Assembly (NCBI RefSeq): GCF_000143415.4
Contig: NW_003314306.1
Location: forward strand, 232,029-296,028
DNA length: 64,000 bases
Reading direction: 5' to 3'
Source of the DNA: Selaginella moellendorffii
Taxonomy: Eukaryota; Plantae; Lycopodiophyta
The translations under genes and the position numbers were made by a program. The notes beneath the pieces were generated by a model. The model worked only from the letters and a program-made list of their open reading frames with translations, did no database searches and was not told where the DNA came from. This document shows positions 63,701 through 64,000 of the stretch, piece after piece. The number at the start of each line of letters is the position of its first letter. The first letter of the stretch is position 1.

Positions 63701-64000
63701 AGGTGCCTTGAGTGAACAAGTTCACCTGGTTGGAAGAAAGTTGCTCCAGAAAAGCTAGTGCATCGTCGGCAAATGGTCATAAGGACATCCCGAAAATGGC
63801 ACGTCCAAATGAGGTGGTGTCTGTTGCTGCTGGTGTGCGTATGTGTGTCCGTGGTATGGTGTAAACGTAACCTCAAATGGAGATGTGAATGATGGTGAAA
63901 GAGTGAAAGATGCAAGACAGACATCTAGAGATAAGTGCTGGCAACGCTGTTGGGAGTGAGTGGTGATGGAACTGTGAGTGTAGATGATATGGAATGAGTG

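Larger units (their letters stand above)
50950..64000 (-). mobile_element. Old Ty3/Gypsy-like host retrotransposon interrupted by two younger insertions; its 5' LTR runs from 62937 past the window end
   Basis: Minus strand ..AACA-cT-TGGCATCAG PBS-like site (62926-62934), gag remnant ETIEEYTTRF (about 61.5 kb), LTLGQLL..P (58.9 kb) and protease-like LIDDGLSMNIL (51.56 kb). The reading frame rejoins across the younger insertion. Left boundary approximate. Confidence 0.7.

Noticed and set aside
63141-63924. Minus-strand ORFs of 96-163 aa
   Set aside because: They lie inside the host retrotransposon LTR, are low-complexity and show no recognisable domain.

Overview
Eukaryotic, intron-rich plant DNA. 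The very short introns (about 45-75 nt), tiny intergenic gaps and gene content suggest a lycophyte such as Selaginella (inference). Two gene-dense blocks alternate with repeat blocks. Block 1 (0.6-8.0 kb) holds a partial A1 aspartic protease, ARP2, an MRS2 Mg2+ transporter and 60S acidic protein P3, whose intron carries a C/D snoRNA of the SNORD46/U40 type. The 8.3-22.5 kb region is decayed repeats, bracketed by an inverted pair of orphan secreted-protein genes and by TLC and GME gene fragments. Block 2 (22.6-36 kb) holds TTC5, a GA20ox-like 2OG dioxygenase, NDC1, a UBE3D/HECT_2 protein and a group IV-B CNGC. The 37-64 kb region is transposons, including nested LTR elements with intact TSD/PBS/PPT. 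The most unusual item is a roughly 10 kb element at about 41-50.6 kb. It contains a spliced Mutator/IS256-type DDE+SWIM transposase gene, set head-to-head with a spliced gene encoding a ParB/Srx-like domain (IIDGNHR) fused to a beta-class N4C/N6A DNA-methyltransferase-like domain. It also contains a small Zn-finger gene, a 96-bp-period array of long palindromes in the first intron of the ParB-MTase gene, and TGTCA motif clusters. This copy is inactivated by transition-type stop codons. All identifications come from reading motifs by eye; no database searches were run.
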